DNA from: a virus
Taxonomy: Duplodnaviria; Caudoviricetes
Virus record (IMG/VR): IMGVR_UViG_3300030106_002282
Coordinates: 1 to 59,683 of that record
Length of the DNA: 59,683 nt
Direction: 5' to 3' (one strand)
Notes under the pieces: model-generated
Told to the model about the DNA's origin: nothing
Databases searched by the model: none
The model's input: the letters and a program-made list of their open reading frames with translations, nothing else
Program-made: the position numbers and the translations under genes
Shown: positions 47,327-55,132 of the stretch, piece after piece
Position numbering within the stretch: position 1 is the stretch's first letter
How the letters are laid out: every line of letters begins with the position of its first letter

Positions 47327-47616
47327 TACAGCCTCCTTATAATTTCAGCCATTTTACAATGACCTTGTTTTTCTAAAAGACCTGCTACTGTACTTCTATC
47401 ACTAGCTATAGCTTGTCTCATATATAATAAAATAACTTTTTCTATATTGTCTTTAAATGCTCTTGCTTGAGCTTGTACTAAAGGGTCAGCATTGTCGCTA
47501 ACTTGCACTAATCTTTCCATAATGCGTTCTGTCCAATACTCAGGAGTTAAACCTGTATTTTGTGTTGTTTTAACACCAACTTGTCCTATTGTACTTTTTA
47601 TATCGATATTAAGCAT
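47326..47616 (-). CDS. Hypothetical protein
   Basis: Coupled ORF in the late operon. Confidence 0.65.
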   Translation of the reverse strand: MLNIDIKSTIGQVGVKTTQNTGLTPEYWTERIMERLVQVSDNADPLVQAQARAFKDNIEKVILLYMRQAIASDRSTVAGLLEKQGHCKMAEIIRRL

Positions 47617-48253
47617 CTACTTTTCTTTGTCCATCTCTAAAAGCATCTTTGCGATTATATCCATCAGATTCTAATGTTAACTTGCCTAAAGCTTCTTTAA
47701 ATCTATTTTCATAACCAGCTAAAATATCTGGTTCACCTTTCATAAAAGTATAGGCTTCAACTAATGACCCGTATAACAAAGCTTCTGTTGCGTTTGTACC
47801 TAGCCAAGTTGTGCCATCTGTTGATTCAGTTATTGAAGTAGGTTTGTAAAAATAATGCAACTCAACTGTTAAGGCTGAACTTGGTGAAGGAGCTACAATA
47901 AAAGTATCATCATCAAATTGGGCATAAAATTTTGGTGTACCTGTTGTACTTGCAGAGGGATACGCTTCTCTTATAAAACTTACGTCTTTGTTTAATAAAT
48001 AACTGTAATTACTATCGCTATCTAGCACAGCTAAAGAAAATGGATACAAATAATCTGTAGGTGCTGATAAATAAGGATTAGTTGAAGTTAAAGTACCTGT
48101 TACATTTTTTCTAAAGTTTGGTAGCTCTACAGATTTAACTATTCTATTTTCAGCTTGTACTATTAAAGTTGGTAAATTAGAAACAAAAGTAGACTCAGTG
48201 TTTTGAGTATAATCTTGTATTGCTGATTTTAATGTTGTAAAAGTCCAACTCAT
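47609..48253 (-). CDS. Head-tail adaptor / tail tubular protein
   Basis: LKSAIQDY, AENRI, GTPKFYA, TWLG....LLYGSLVEAY. Confidence 0.65.
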   Translation of the reverse strand: MSWTFTTLKSAIQDYTQNTESTFVSNLPTLIVQAENRIVKSVELPNFRKNVTGTLTSTNPYLSAPTDYLYPFSLAVLDSDSNYSYLLNKDVSFIREAYPSASTTGTPKFYAQFDDDTFIVAPSPSSALTVELHYFYKPTSITESTDGTTWLGTNATEALLYGSLVEAYTFMKGEPDILAGYENRFKEALGKLTLESDGYNRKDAFRDGQRKVDA

Positions 48254-48591
48254 GTTATTACTACCTTAACTTTTCCTAACTCTGCTGTAATGTCTAGACC
48301 CATTGTACTAGAACCAAATTCTGTTACACCACCCCCTACAGGATTAAATGCTACATAAGTAGTGGATTCTTTTTCACCTGTATCTACTCTAGGATTATAT
48401 AAGTTTTGTGGGTCAACTATATTAAGTTCTCCTAATTTTAATTGTGGATTATCTTCATCTAAACAATCGTAGCAAACTCTCAAGCCATTTCTTTTGCTAT
48501 CAAATATTTCATATTTAAGTTCGGCAAGTTTATAAGTAAAACCACATCTATCACATTGACCTAGTGCTTTTTTGCCTCTTGCGTATGCCAT
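48250..48591 (-). CDS. Zn-finger hypothetical protein
   Basis: CDRCG ... VCYDC.D..PQL. Confidence 0.7.
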   Translation of the reverse strand: MAYARGKKALGQCDRCGFTYKLAELKYEIFDSKRNGLRVCYDCLDEDNPQLKLGELNIVDPQNLYNPRVDTGEKESTTYVAFNPVGGGVTEFGSSTMGLDITAELGKVKVVIT

Positions 48592-49286
48592 TATCTATAA
48601 GTTGCTATATCTGGCACAAATCTTACTGATGCTCTTTCTCTATCAGCATCACTTACTTCATTCCATAGTTCATCGTATCTTTGTTTAATCATTGGTACTC
48701 TTTGTTGAGTTTCAGGATATTTACAAGCTAAATTATATGCTAGAGCATAAGTCAAACAAGGTAAATATCTAGCAGGTACATCTGCATTATTACTGGCTAC
48801 AGTGCCAGCATCTTCAATTTTTTGAATGTAATCATAAATCAAAGTATAAGTATCAGCGTCATCTGGAGTAGACCACAAAGTTATTTGTATTGTGCCTGTG
48901 TTTTTATCTATAAAAAATTGGGTAGGTTTGGCTTGATTTAATTTATTAGCTTGATGATTATACTCAGTTCTAGATATTCTATTTAATCTTTGGTCAAACT
49001 GCTTATCAACGTCACTGGCATTAGTTCTTATGAAAGCATCTACAACTTCTATAGCAGAGCTATCTAAACTATATGTATTTGTACCTGCTGTTAAACTAAC
49101 TGTGCCTTGTTCTATAGTCCAAAGATTTAAACCTTTATTTTGCCATTCTAAAAAAATTAAATTTAAAGCACGTTTAGCACCCATATAACTATAACCTGAA
49201 CGTAACTCAACGCCAGCTAAGTCATAAGCTTCTTCCATAATATCGCTTAAATCTAAATTAAATGTATGCGTACCGCTTGTTGCCAT
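48591..49286 (-). CDS. Head completion/adaptor protein
   Basis: MATSGT..F, EEAY, LNL...EW.NKGLNLW, P.RYLPCL..LAY. Confidence 0.65.
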   Translation of the reverse strand: MATSGTHTFNLDLSDIMEEAYDLAGVELRSGYSYMGAKRALNLIFLEWQNKGLNLWTIEQGTVSLTAGTNTYSLDSSAIEVVDAFIRTNASDVDKQFDQRLNRISRTEYNHQANKLNQAKPTQFFIDKNTGTIQITLWSTPDDADTYTLIYDYIQKIEDAGTVASNNADVPARYLPCLTYALAYNLACKYPETQQRVPMIKQRYDELWNEVSDADRERASVRFVPDIATYR

Positions 49287-49289
49287 AAA

Positions 49290-49406
49290 TTATATTTTTT
49301 TTATTCTTGTTATTTTAATACCTGAAGGGGTTGTTTTAATATTTTTCTTTTTTGATGCAGGAGCTTTTGTAATTTGATTTTGCATCGTTGCTCTAGACAT
49401 TACCAT
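49290..49406 (-). CDS. Small basic peptide (38 aa)
   Basis: Open frame MVMSRATMQNQITKAPASKKK... fills the gap between late genes. Confidence 0.45.
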   Translation of the reverse strand: MVMSRATMQNQITKAPASKKKNIKTTPSGIKITRIKKI

Positions 49407-49709
49407 TTAACACTTCCATCTTCTGCGAGCTTGTCTAATTCTAGAATTTGGGTCATTTCTAGTTTTAGCCGAACTCTTTTTTAATTGACCCAAGGAACGA
49501 GCACAGAAAGACTTTCTGCGTTTTGCAGCTTTACTGCCTTTTTTTACTTTACCTGTAACTGCTGTTTGTAATTTAGACCCAGGATTTGCTTTTCGATATG
49601 CAGCAACTCCTTTTTTGGTCATTCCAGCACCAGATTTAGTAGGTCTGTAGTTTGCACTTTTACCTTTAGTAGTTCTAGGTATCGGTGTTTCTCGTTTCCT
49701 TTTGGTCAC
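49407..49709 (-). CDS. Small very basic protein
   Basis: GMTKKGVAAYRKANPGSKL, RRKSFCARS, RRRWKC. Confidence 0.75.
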   Translation of the reverse strand: MTKRKRETPIPRTTKGKSANYRPTKSGAGMTKKGVAAYRKANPGSKLQTAVTGKVKKGSKAAKRRKSFCARSLGQLKKSSAKTRNDPNSRIRQARRRWKC

Positions 49710-49739
49710 AAAAAATATTTAGCAAATACTATTCACTAG

Positions 49740-49958
49740 TTATTTATTTTTTTTCATAGCTGGACCACCGCCCATAGACTTGCCTTTGGTCATTCCACCA
49801 CCAAACATCTTTTGAACGTAGTCTTTGTACATTTCTACTTTAGGAGTTTTTCCTCCACCAGCCATATATTTAGTAGACTTGCCGCCACCTGCCATATACT
49901 TAGTAGATTTACCACCACCTGCCATGTATTTAGTTTTTTTTCCTGCCATTTTATTCAC
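49740..49958 (-). CDS. Small basic protein with TKYMAGGGK tandem repeats
   Basis: Three 30-bp tandem repeats at ~49850-49935. Confidence 0.7.
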   Translation of the reverse strand: MNKMAGKKTKYMAGGGKSTKYMAGGGKSTKYMAGGGKTPKVEMYKDYVQKMFGGGMTKGKSMGGGPAMKKNK

Positions 49959-49960
49959 CT

Positions 49961-50275
49961 TTATTTAGATGCAACTTTTTTAGGTTTAGCCTTTTTTTTA
50001 GCTGCTGGTTTTTTTGTTTTTTTCTTTGTCGGTTTTTTACCACCAACATAAGCTTCATTTATATCTGGAGTCGAAGGGTCGTCAGCTACAAGTTGTCCTT
50101 TAGCATTTCTTGCTCTTTCTCCGTTCATTTCTCCACACTTACGTTCAGCATCTTGTAGGTCAGGGTCTGGACCAAAAACTGGTCTCCAAATACCATCTTC
50201 TTCACGATGTAATACTTTATATTGTGGCGGAAATTCACCTGTTTCAGATATTATGTAATCTTTTATTTTTGCCAT
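49961..50275 (-). CDS. Hypothetical protein with Lys-rich tail
   Basis: RARNAKGQLVADDPSTPDINEAY motif; KKPAAKKK tail. Confidence 0.7.
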   Translation of the reverse strand: MAKIKDYIISETGEFPPQYKVLHREEDGIWRPVFGPDPDLQDAERKCGEMNGERARNAKGQLVADDPSTPDINEAYVGGKKPTKKKTKKPAAKKKAKPKKVASK

Positions 50276-50289
50276 AATTTTTCTCGTTA

Positions 50290-50697
50290 TTAGTCAGAGT
50301 AGACTTTTACCATCTCTAAAACAATAGAGTAGGTGTCACCTGAACTGTGTCCTTTTGTAGTAAAAAGGATATCACCATTTTTACCACTCCCTGCGTTATT
50401 TGGCATACCGCCAAAAGATTTAAAATCCATATGTCCGTTACTACTTTCTGCTAACTCCATTGCTATAACATTAGTTGTAGCATTGAAAAATATTTGCACA
50501 GACATACCAACAATAGCATGACTAACTCGCATTATTCTAACTTCTGAACAAGCTGTGCCTGCAGAATTAGAAGCCAAGGCAGATACATCTACCTTAGCTA
50601 CTGCGGATTCGCCAGTACCATCACTGACATTTGTAAATTTCATAACGCAATTTCTCTCACCATCTATGATGGTTTGTGAAGTTACTGCATCAGCCAT
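50290..50697 (-). CDS. Virion structural protein
   Basis: MADAVTSQTI.DG, GESAV.KVDVSAL, GDILFTT. Confidence 0.7.
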   Translation of the reverse strand: MADAVTSQTIIDGERNCVMKFTNVSDGTGESAVAKVDVSALASNSAGTACSEVRIMRVSHAIVGMSVQIFFNATTNVIAMELAESSNGHMDFKSFGGMPNNAGSGKNGDILFTTKGHSSGDTYSIVLEMVKVYSD

Positions 50698-50707
50698 AGT
50701 TTACTCC

Positions 50708-51256
50708 TTACGCTATTTGAACGTATTCAATAATGAACGTAAATGACCCTGCTGTTGTAGCATCTACTGTATTAGTAATGTTGCAGTAAATAGTTCTTGC
50801 AGTATCTGTATATTGAACAGAAGCTGGAGCTGTTGTTCCATCTTGAGTTTGTAAAACTAAACTAGTCACAGTTACATTATGAGCAACAACAGTAGTACCA
50901 CCATCTAGTATTTCATCAGTTTGAGCTGCAACAATTTGTGCACCTGAACTGCTTGTGCCTACTTCATAACCTATATCACCTGTTCCAATAACTGGAGAAG
51001 TATCACAAAATATTTTTATATCAGTAATAATTGTATTAGCAGGTTGAGTAAATTCACCTATAGAAGGAGAATCTCCTGCTGTAGTGTTTACTGTTACGCC
51101 TGTGGCAAAGCCAACGTGCTTTTGGTATTTGTTAGTAACGATTCCAGTTGAAGCTATAGTAGCTACATCTGAAACTGCTCCTGTAGTTGAATTTTTTGAA
51201 ATGACCTTAAAACCACCTTCGGCTCTAACTGGTCCATTAAAAGTTGTGTTAGCCAT
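50708..51256 (-). CDS. Capsid decoration/fibre-like protein
   Basis: MANTTFNGPVR start; beta-rich; directly after the capsid gene; AAGGAGG RBS. Confidence 0.65.
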   Translation of the reverse strand: MANTTFNGPVRAEGGFKVISKNSTTGAVSDVATIASTGIVTNKYQKHVGFATGVTVNTTAGDSPSIGEFTQPANTIITDIKIFCDTSPVIGTGDIGYEVGTSSSGAQIVAAQTDEILDGGTTVVAHNVTVTSLVLQTQDGTTAPASVQYTDTARTIYCNITNTVDATTAGSFTFIIEYVQIA

Positions 51257-51343
51257 AATTTCCTCCTTTAGGAAAAAAATCTATCATCTTGGCAATTGTC
51301 TGCTAGGGCAGTTGATAGACAAGTATAAGAATCCCTAGATGTT

Positions 51344-51373
51344 AAAAAAGGAGACTCCCGAAGGAGTCTCCTT
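51344..51373 (-). terminator. Rho-independent terminator after the major capsid gene
   Basis: Minus strand AAGGAGACTCC-TTCG-GGAGTCTCCTT followed by a T-tract. Confidence 0.9.
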
Positions 51374-51381
51374 AATTAAAT

Positions 51382-52296
51382 TTACGAGCTACCTGGTGAA
51401 CCAAATATTCCTAGAGGGTCAGAAACTCCAAATGAGTATCTTTCTCTAGCTTTATATCTGACATTACCAGTGTCAAAGTCTCCATCCATAGATGTAGTCA
51501 TAGGACTTCTGACAAAATGTTTCATACCATCAGGAACATCTGTAGTGATAAAGAAGGCATTAGTATCAGTTAAATAATGATTAACTGTGTATCCTTCAGG
51601 AATCACACCATTTGTTTTGATAGCATTAACATCGTTATCAGCAGTTCCAACTCTGTAGTCGCTTTGTAAAAGTCTAGTAGCAACAAACTGTAAATCAGAA
51701 GGTACTATTAGTTTTACAGGTCTAGCAGCAATTTTAAGACCTCTTTCATCAGTGTATTTACCGATTTGAATAATTGCATCTTCTAAAGATGTTTCATTCA
51801 AGTCAGCACCTGAAGAAGGTCTGTTACTGTTAGTGCCTCCGTTTACTAACGGGTGAGCTGTACTGAATAAAGCTACGCCATCACCACTTGAAAAAGTAGT
51901 GCTGAATCCATTGTTTAATGGATAAGCAGCTTTGACTTGCTTTGTGTAAGACATAGCACGAGCCAATGCTTTAGTATATCTACCTGATAAAGATACATAG
52001 AGGTTATCCTCCATAGCTTCTTCAGTTATAGAATATCCCATCGCAATAGTTTCGTGAGTATAACGTGCTACAAAAGATTCTTGAGCAGTATCATAACTGA
52101 TAGCTGACCCTTCATCTTTGACTGGAGCAGCTCCGAAACCAGATAACTTTAACTCTTCCTCGAAACTTCTTTCAGAGTTTTCAGTTACATAAATTTCTTC
52201 ATGCTCATTTTCGTATGTAGCGTATTCTTCGCCAAACAACGCATTTAATCCTGGAAGGAGCTGTTTAAGCTCTTGTGCTCTTGATATAGCAGCCAT
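51382..52296 (-). CDS. Major capsid protein
   Basis: ISRAQ.LK.LLPGLNALFG.EY, GDGVALFS.AHP, YKARERYSFG.SDP; strong terminator downstream. Confidence 0.88.
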   Translation of the reverse strand: MAAISRAQELKQLLPGLNALFGEEYATYENEHEEIYVTENSERSFEEELKLSGFGAAPVKDEGSAISYDTAQESFVARYTHETIAMGYSITEEAMEDNLYVSLSGRYTKALARAMSYTKQVKAAYPLNNGFSTTFSSGDGVALFSTAHPLVNGGTNSNRPSSGADLNETSLEDAIIQIGKYTDERGLKIAARPVKLIVPSDLQFVATRLLQSDYRVGTADNDVNAIKTNGVIPEGYTVNHYLTDTNAFFITTDVPDGMKHFVRSPMTTSMDGDFDTGNVRYKARERYSFGVSDPLGIFGSPGSS

Positions 52297-52307
52297 AATT
52301 AGTCTCC

Positions 52308-52895
52308 TTAACCTATACCAGTTGTGTTTAGCAACTGATGTCCAACATTAAACATAACTAGCACGTCTGTATAACTATCACCTACAGCACTATCTGGTCC
52401 GTCAACAAAGTCAACGAGTTTTAAAGGTAGTGTGTTTGTGGTAGCAGCCGTGCTCCCATCGACAGCATTTTTGCTGGTTCCTATTGTTGTACTTCCTGCA
52501 GTTTGAACCACCGCAAAATTCTTACCAAGGTCGTCTTGAGTAAGAGCTTCGTCTGATTGCATTTGCATTAGTATGAAAGGGTCGCTAGCAACATATGCGA
52601 CAATATCATCTGCAGCTGTAGAAGCTGGAAAATATTGATTTGTAGTGAATTGACCTGTAGTAGGGTCGGTGTAAGCACAACCAAGAAAAACACCAATAGG
52701 TGTACAAGCTGTAGTACCAGTATCCTTTTGGATAGTAGTATTAGGGTTGTCGTCACCCCATTTTACAAAATCACCAAAAAATATGGATGTACCATAAGCA
52801 TTTTTAATTTTGTAATGAGTAACTTTTCCTTGATAAGGACTTCCAACAATCGTACCAGTGGGTCTTGCTCCGTGAGGAGTAGCACTTGATGACAT
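52308..52895 (-). CDS. Capsid cement/decoration protein
   Basis: P.G.RP, IFFGD.V, GVFLGC.YTDP; immediately upstream of the capsid gene. Confidence 0.65.
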   Translation of the reverse strand: MSSSATPHGARPTGTIVGSPYQGKVTHYKIKNAYGTSIFFGDFVKWGDDNPNTTIQKDTGTTACTPIGVFLGCAYTDPTTGQFTTNQYFPASTAADDIVAYVASDPFILMQMQSDEALTQDDLGKNFAVVQTAGSTTIGTSKNAVDGSTAATTNTLPLKLVDFVDGPDSAVGDSYTDVLVMFNVGHQLLNTTGIG

Positions 52896-52954
52896 AATTG
52901 TCTCCTTTTATACGTTGAGAATTAACTCAACATCAATTAATTTAAAAAAGATTC

Positions 52955-53476
52955 CTAAGAATCTTTACCAAAAGTAGTTTTCGATTTGCGTTCAAACACT
53001 TGTTTGGTCGCCATTCGACTATCTTGTTCTTTGAAATACACATTGTCTACAGATTCCATTTGAGACTGAGCTAGTTCAGCAAAGTGTTCGTCTCTTGCTT
53101 TCGCTTTTTCTGCAGGCATTTTGCATAACAATTGTCCGCCAATTTCTATGTTTCCTTTAGCTGCCCATTCAGAGGCATGGTCCATCATATGTATTTGTAA
53201 TTCTGGATGGTCCTCTAATCGACAAGGTTGCCACCCTTCCCTAAAACGTCTTGAGACATTTGGATTATCAGTTTGCCCTAATAAAGCAGTTCTAATATAT
53301 CTAAATACCCAGCCGTCTTGCGGATTAGGTGTTGGTAAATTAGCAGAATTTTCCCAGCTTTCTGTGTGCTGAGTAGTCTCTCGACTATCGTTCTCTCTAG
53401 GAGTACGCTCTTGGTTTTCAGGAGAAGAATCAGCAGAAACTTCCTCCACGTTTGTAGTGTTATTTTCTTCTGACAT
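52955..53476 (-). CDS. Conserved head-module protein
   Basis: LP.P...GWVFRYIR, REGW.P, IGGQLLCKMP. Confidence 0.7.
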   Translation of the reverse strand: MSEENNTTNVEEVSADSSPENQERTPRENDSRETTQHTESWENSANLPTPNPQDGWVFRYIRTALLGQTDNPNVSRRFREGWQPCRLEDHPELQIHMMDHASEWAAKGNIEIGGQLLCKMPAEKAKARDEHFAELAQSQMESVDNVYFKEQDSRMATKQVFERKSKTTFGKDS

Positions 53477-54502
53477 TTAAGTCTCCTTTAATAATTGATT
53501 TGCATACTGCTCAGGACTAATACCAAGTTGTCGAGCTACCTTAACTTGAGTCTGAGTCAGACGTATTTGCGTGGGTTTTTTGTTTCCGCTATCCCTCGTT
53601 GCGGATGCAACAACTGTTGATGGTTGTCGTTTCGTTGTTTCAACTTCTGCAACAATTTCTTGTTGAGAAGATGGCACACCAAAAAAAGATGGGAAGCGTT
53701 GACGCATTTCTTTGTCTACTTCCGAATAATATTCTTCTGATTTAGCTGTAGGGTCTATACCTCTTGCTTGTAAAGATTGGTCTACATACATAGCATATGA
53801 AGTCATTTCTTTGTGCACAGGTTCTGTACCCATAAACCAAGGGTTTTTCTGTGCCCAAGCTTGCACATCAGGGTCAATTTGAAGTTGTGGTTCATTTTGC
53901 TCTGGTGCAGGCATCTGTTTGACAATTTCTTGTTGTACAGATTCAGCAACTTGCGATGACTGTTGTTCTGCAAGAGTAGCTTTTGCAAGCATCTCTTGTG
54001 CTTTTGTCATTTCGTCAGCATTGCCTTCTTCATAGGCTCTTTTAAATGCTGCTTGAGCGTTCTGTTTTGCCCATAAAGCATTATTGTATGCTTGTTTATT
54101 AAGGACTTCACCGCCTTGGTCAATCATGGCTTGTAGCCTTTGATTTTCAGACATTAAAGATTGTAATCTTTTTACAGCTTCTTGAGATTCTCTCGTAGCA
54201 GCTTCTTTTGCTCTACGTTCCTCATGATATTCGTATTTAATTTTTGCAATTCTATCGCCAGCTCTTTTACTGTAATCAGCTATTTCCTTATCTAATGTTT
54301 CATCATCAACATCAGGTGTAGTATCTTCAGCTTTTTTTGGTCTGCGGTCTCCTTCTGGAGTATCGTCAACTACCTCTACTTCTAAGTTTTCTGGTATTTC
54401 ATTACTGATTTCAGTAGTTTGTCCAAAAAACTTATCTTCTTGAGACTGAGGTTGAGTCTCAGGAATGTTTGGTTCTTCATTAATAATTTGCGTTTCACTC
54501 AT
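53477..54502 (-). CDS. Capsid scaffolding protein
   Basis: Acidic N-terminus, coiled coil, WAQKNPWF, C-terminal LTQTQV..ARQLGI..EQYA. Confidence 0.75.
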   Translation of the reverse strand: MSETQIINEEPNIPETQPQSQEDKFFGQTTEISNEIPENLEVEVVDDTPEGDRRPKKAEDTTPDVDDETLDKEIADYSKRAGDRIAKIKYEYHEERRAKEAATRESQEAVKRLQSLMSENQRLQAMIDQGGEVLNKQAYNNALWAKQNAQAAFKRAYEEGNADEMTKAQEMLAKATLAEQQSSQVAESVQQEIVKQMPAPEQNEPQLQIDPDVQAWAQKNPWFMGTEPVHKEMTSYAMYVDQSLQARGIDPTAKSEEYYSEVDKEMRQRFPSFFGVPSSQQEIVAEVETTKRQPSTVVASATRDSGNKKPTQIRLTQTQVKVARQLGISPEQYANQLLKET

Positions 54503-54900
54503 GCTCTAACAACTCCTGTTGGGTCATCAACTACTGCTTCCACAGTATCGTCATTAATTAAACGAAACTCTTGTCCATACATTTTCATGCGAGTGCCAGA
54601 ATAAGCTCTGAACACAACCCAATCGCCTTCATTACACCAAGCTCCGTTAGGAAATCTTTTTGTATCGTTATAGCACTCAGGTCCTAGTTTTAAAACATAA
54701 CCACAGATATTACTTATTTCTTCATCTTGTACTGTCGATGTAGCTTTAATAATACCACCTTCAGTTTTTTCTTCTGCTTTTGGCATAGCTATTAAAATCT
54801 TCCAACCAGTCGGTGCTGGTAGCTGACTTTTAACTTCTTTGTCAATTTGAGGAGTTTTTACACTTTCAGGTTCTGGTATTTTTTTTGCTTCTTCACTCAT
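54499..54900 (-). CDS. groES: Co-chaperonin GroES-like
   Basis: PTGWKILI, KTEGGII, VLKLGP..Y, GDWV.F..YSG, FRLINDD.V.AVV. Confidence 0.85.
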   Translation of the reverse strand: MSEEAKKIPEPESVKTPQIDKEVKSQLPAPTGWKILIAMPKAEEKTEGGIIKATSTVQDEEISNICGYVLKLGPECYNDTKRFPNGAWCNEGDWVVFRAYSGTRMKMYGQEFRLINDDTVEAVVDDPTGVVRA

Positions 54901-54928
54901 ATTTTGCACGACTTTAGGAGTCGAGTTC

Positions 54929-55132
54929 CTATGTCTCCAAGAACCTTTGCATATAATCTAAAAGTTCTCGTTCTGCGAGGTTTATACCCTCGATAATACC
55001 AACCATTTTTTGATATTCAGAAAAATCTCTACAACCTCCTGAACCTAAATGATTGTTATAATCTTTCTTGATTTCACTAAATTTAACTTTCAAATGTTCT
55101 GAAAGTGATAGCTCAGTGATTTCATTACTCAT
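54929..55132 (-). CDS. Hypothetical protein
   Basis: G..DFSEYQKMVG.IEG motif, between portal and GroES. Confidence 0.7.
   Translation of the reverse strand: MSNEITELSLSEHLKVKFSEIKKDYNNHLGSGGCRDFSEYQKMVGIIEGINLAERELLDYMQRFLET

Noticed and set aside
51280-51338. HDV-like/theta ribozyme
   Set aside because: No room for P3/L3 between P2 and P1'; no adjacent tRNA
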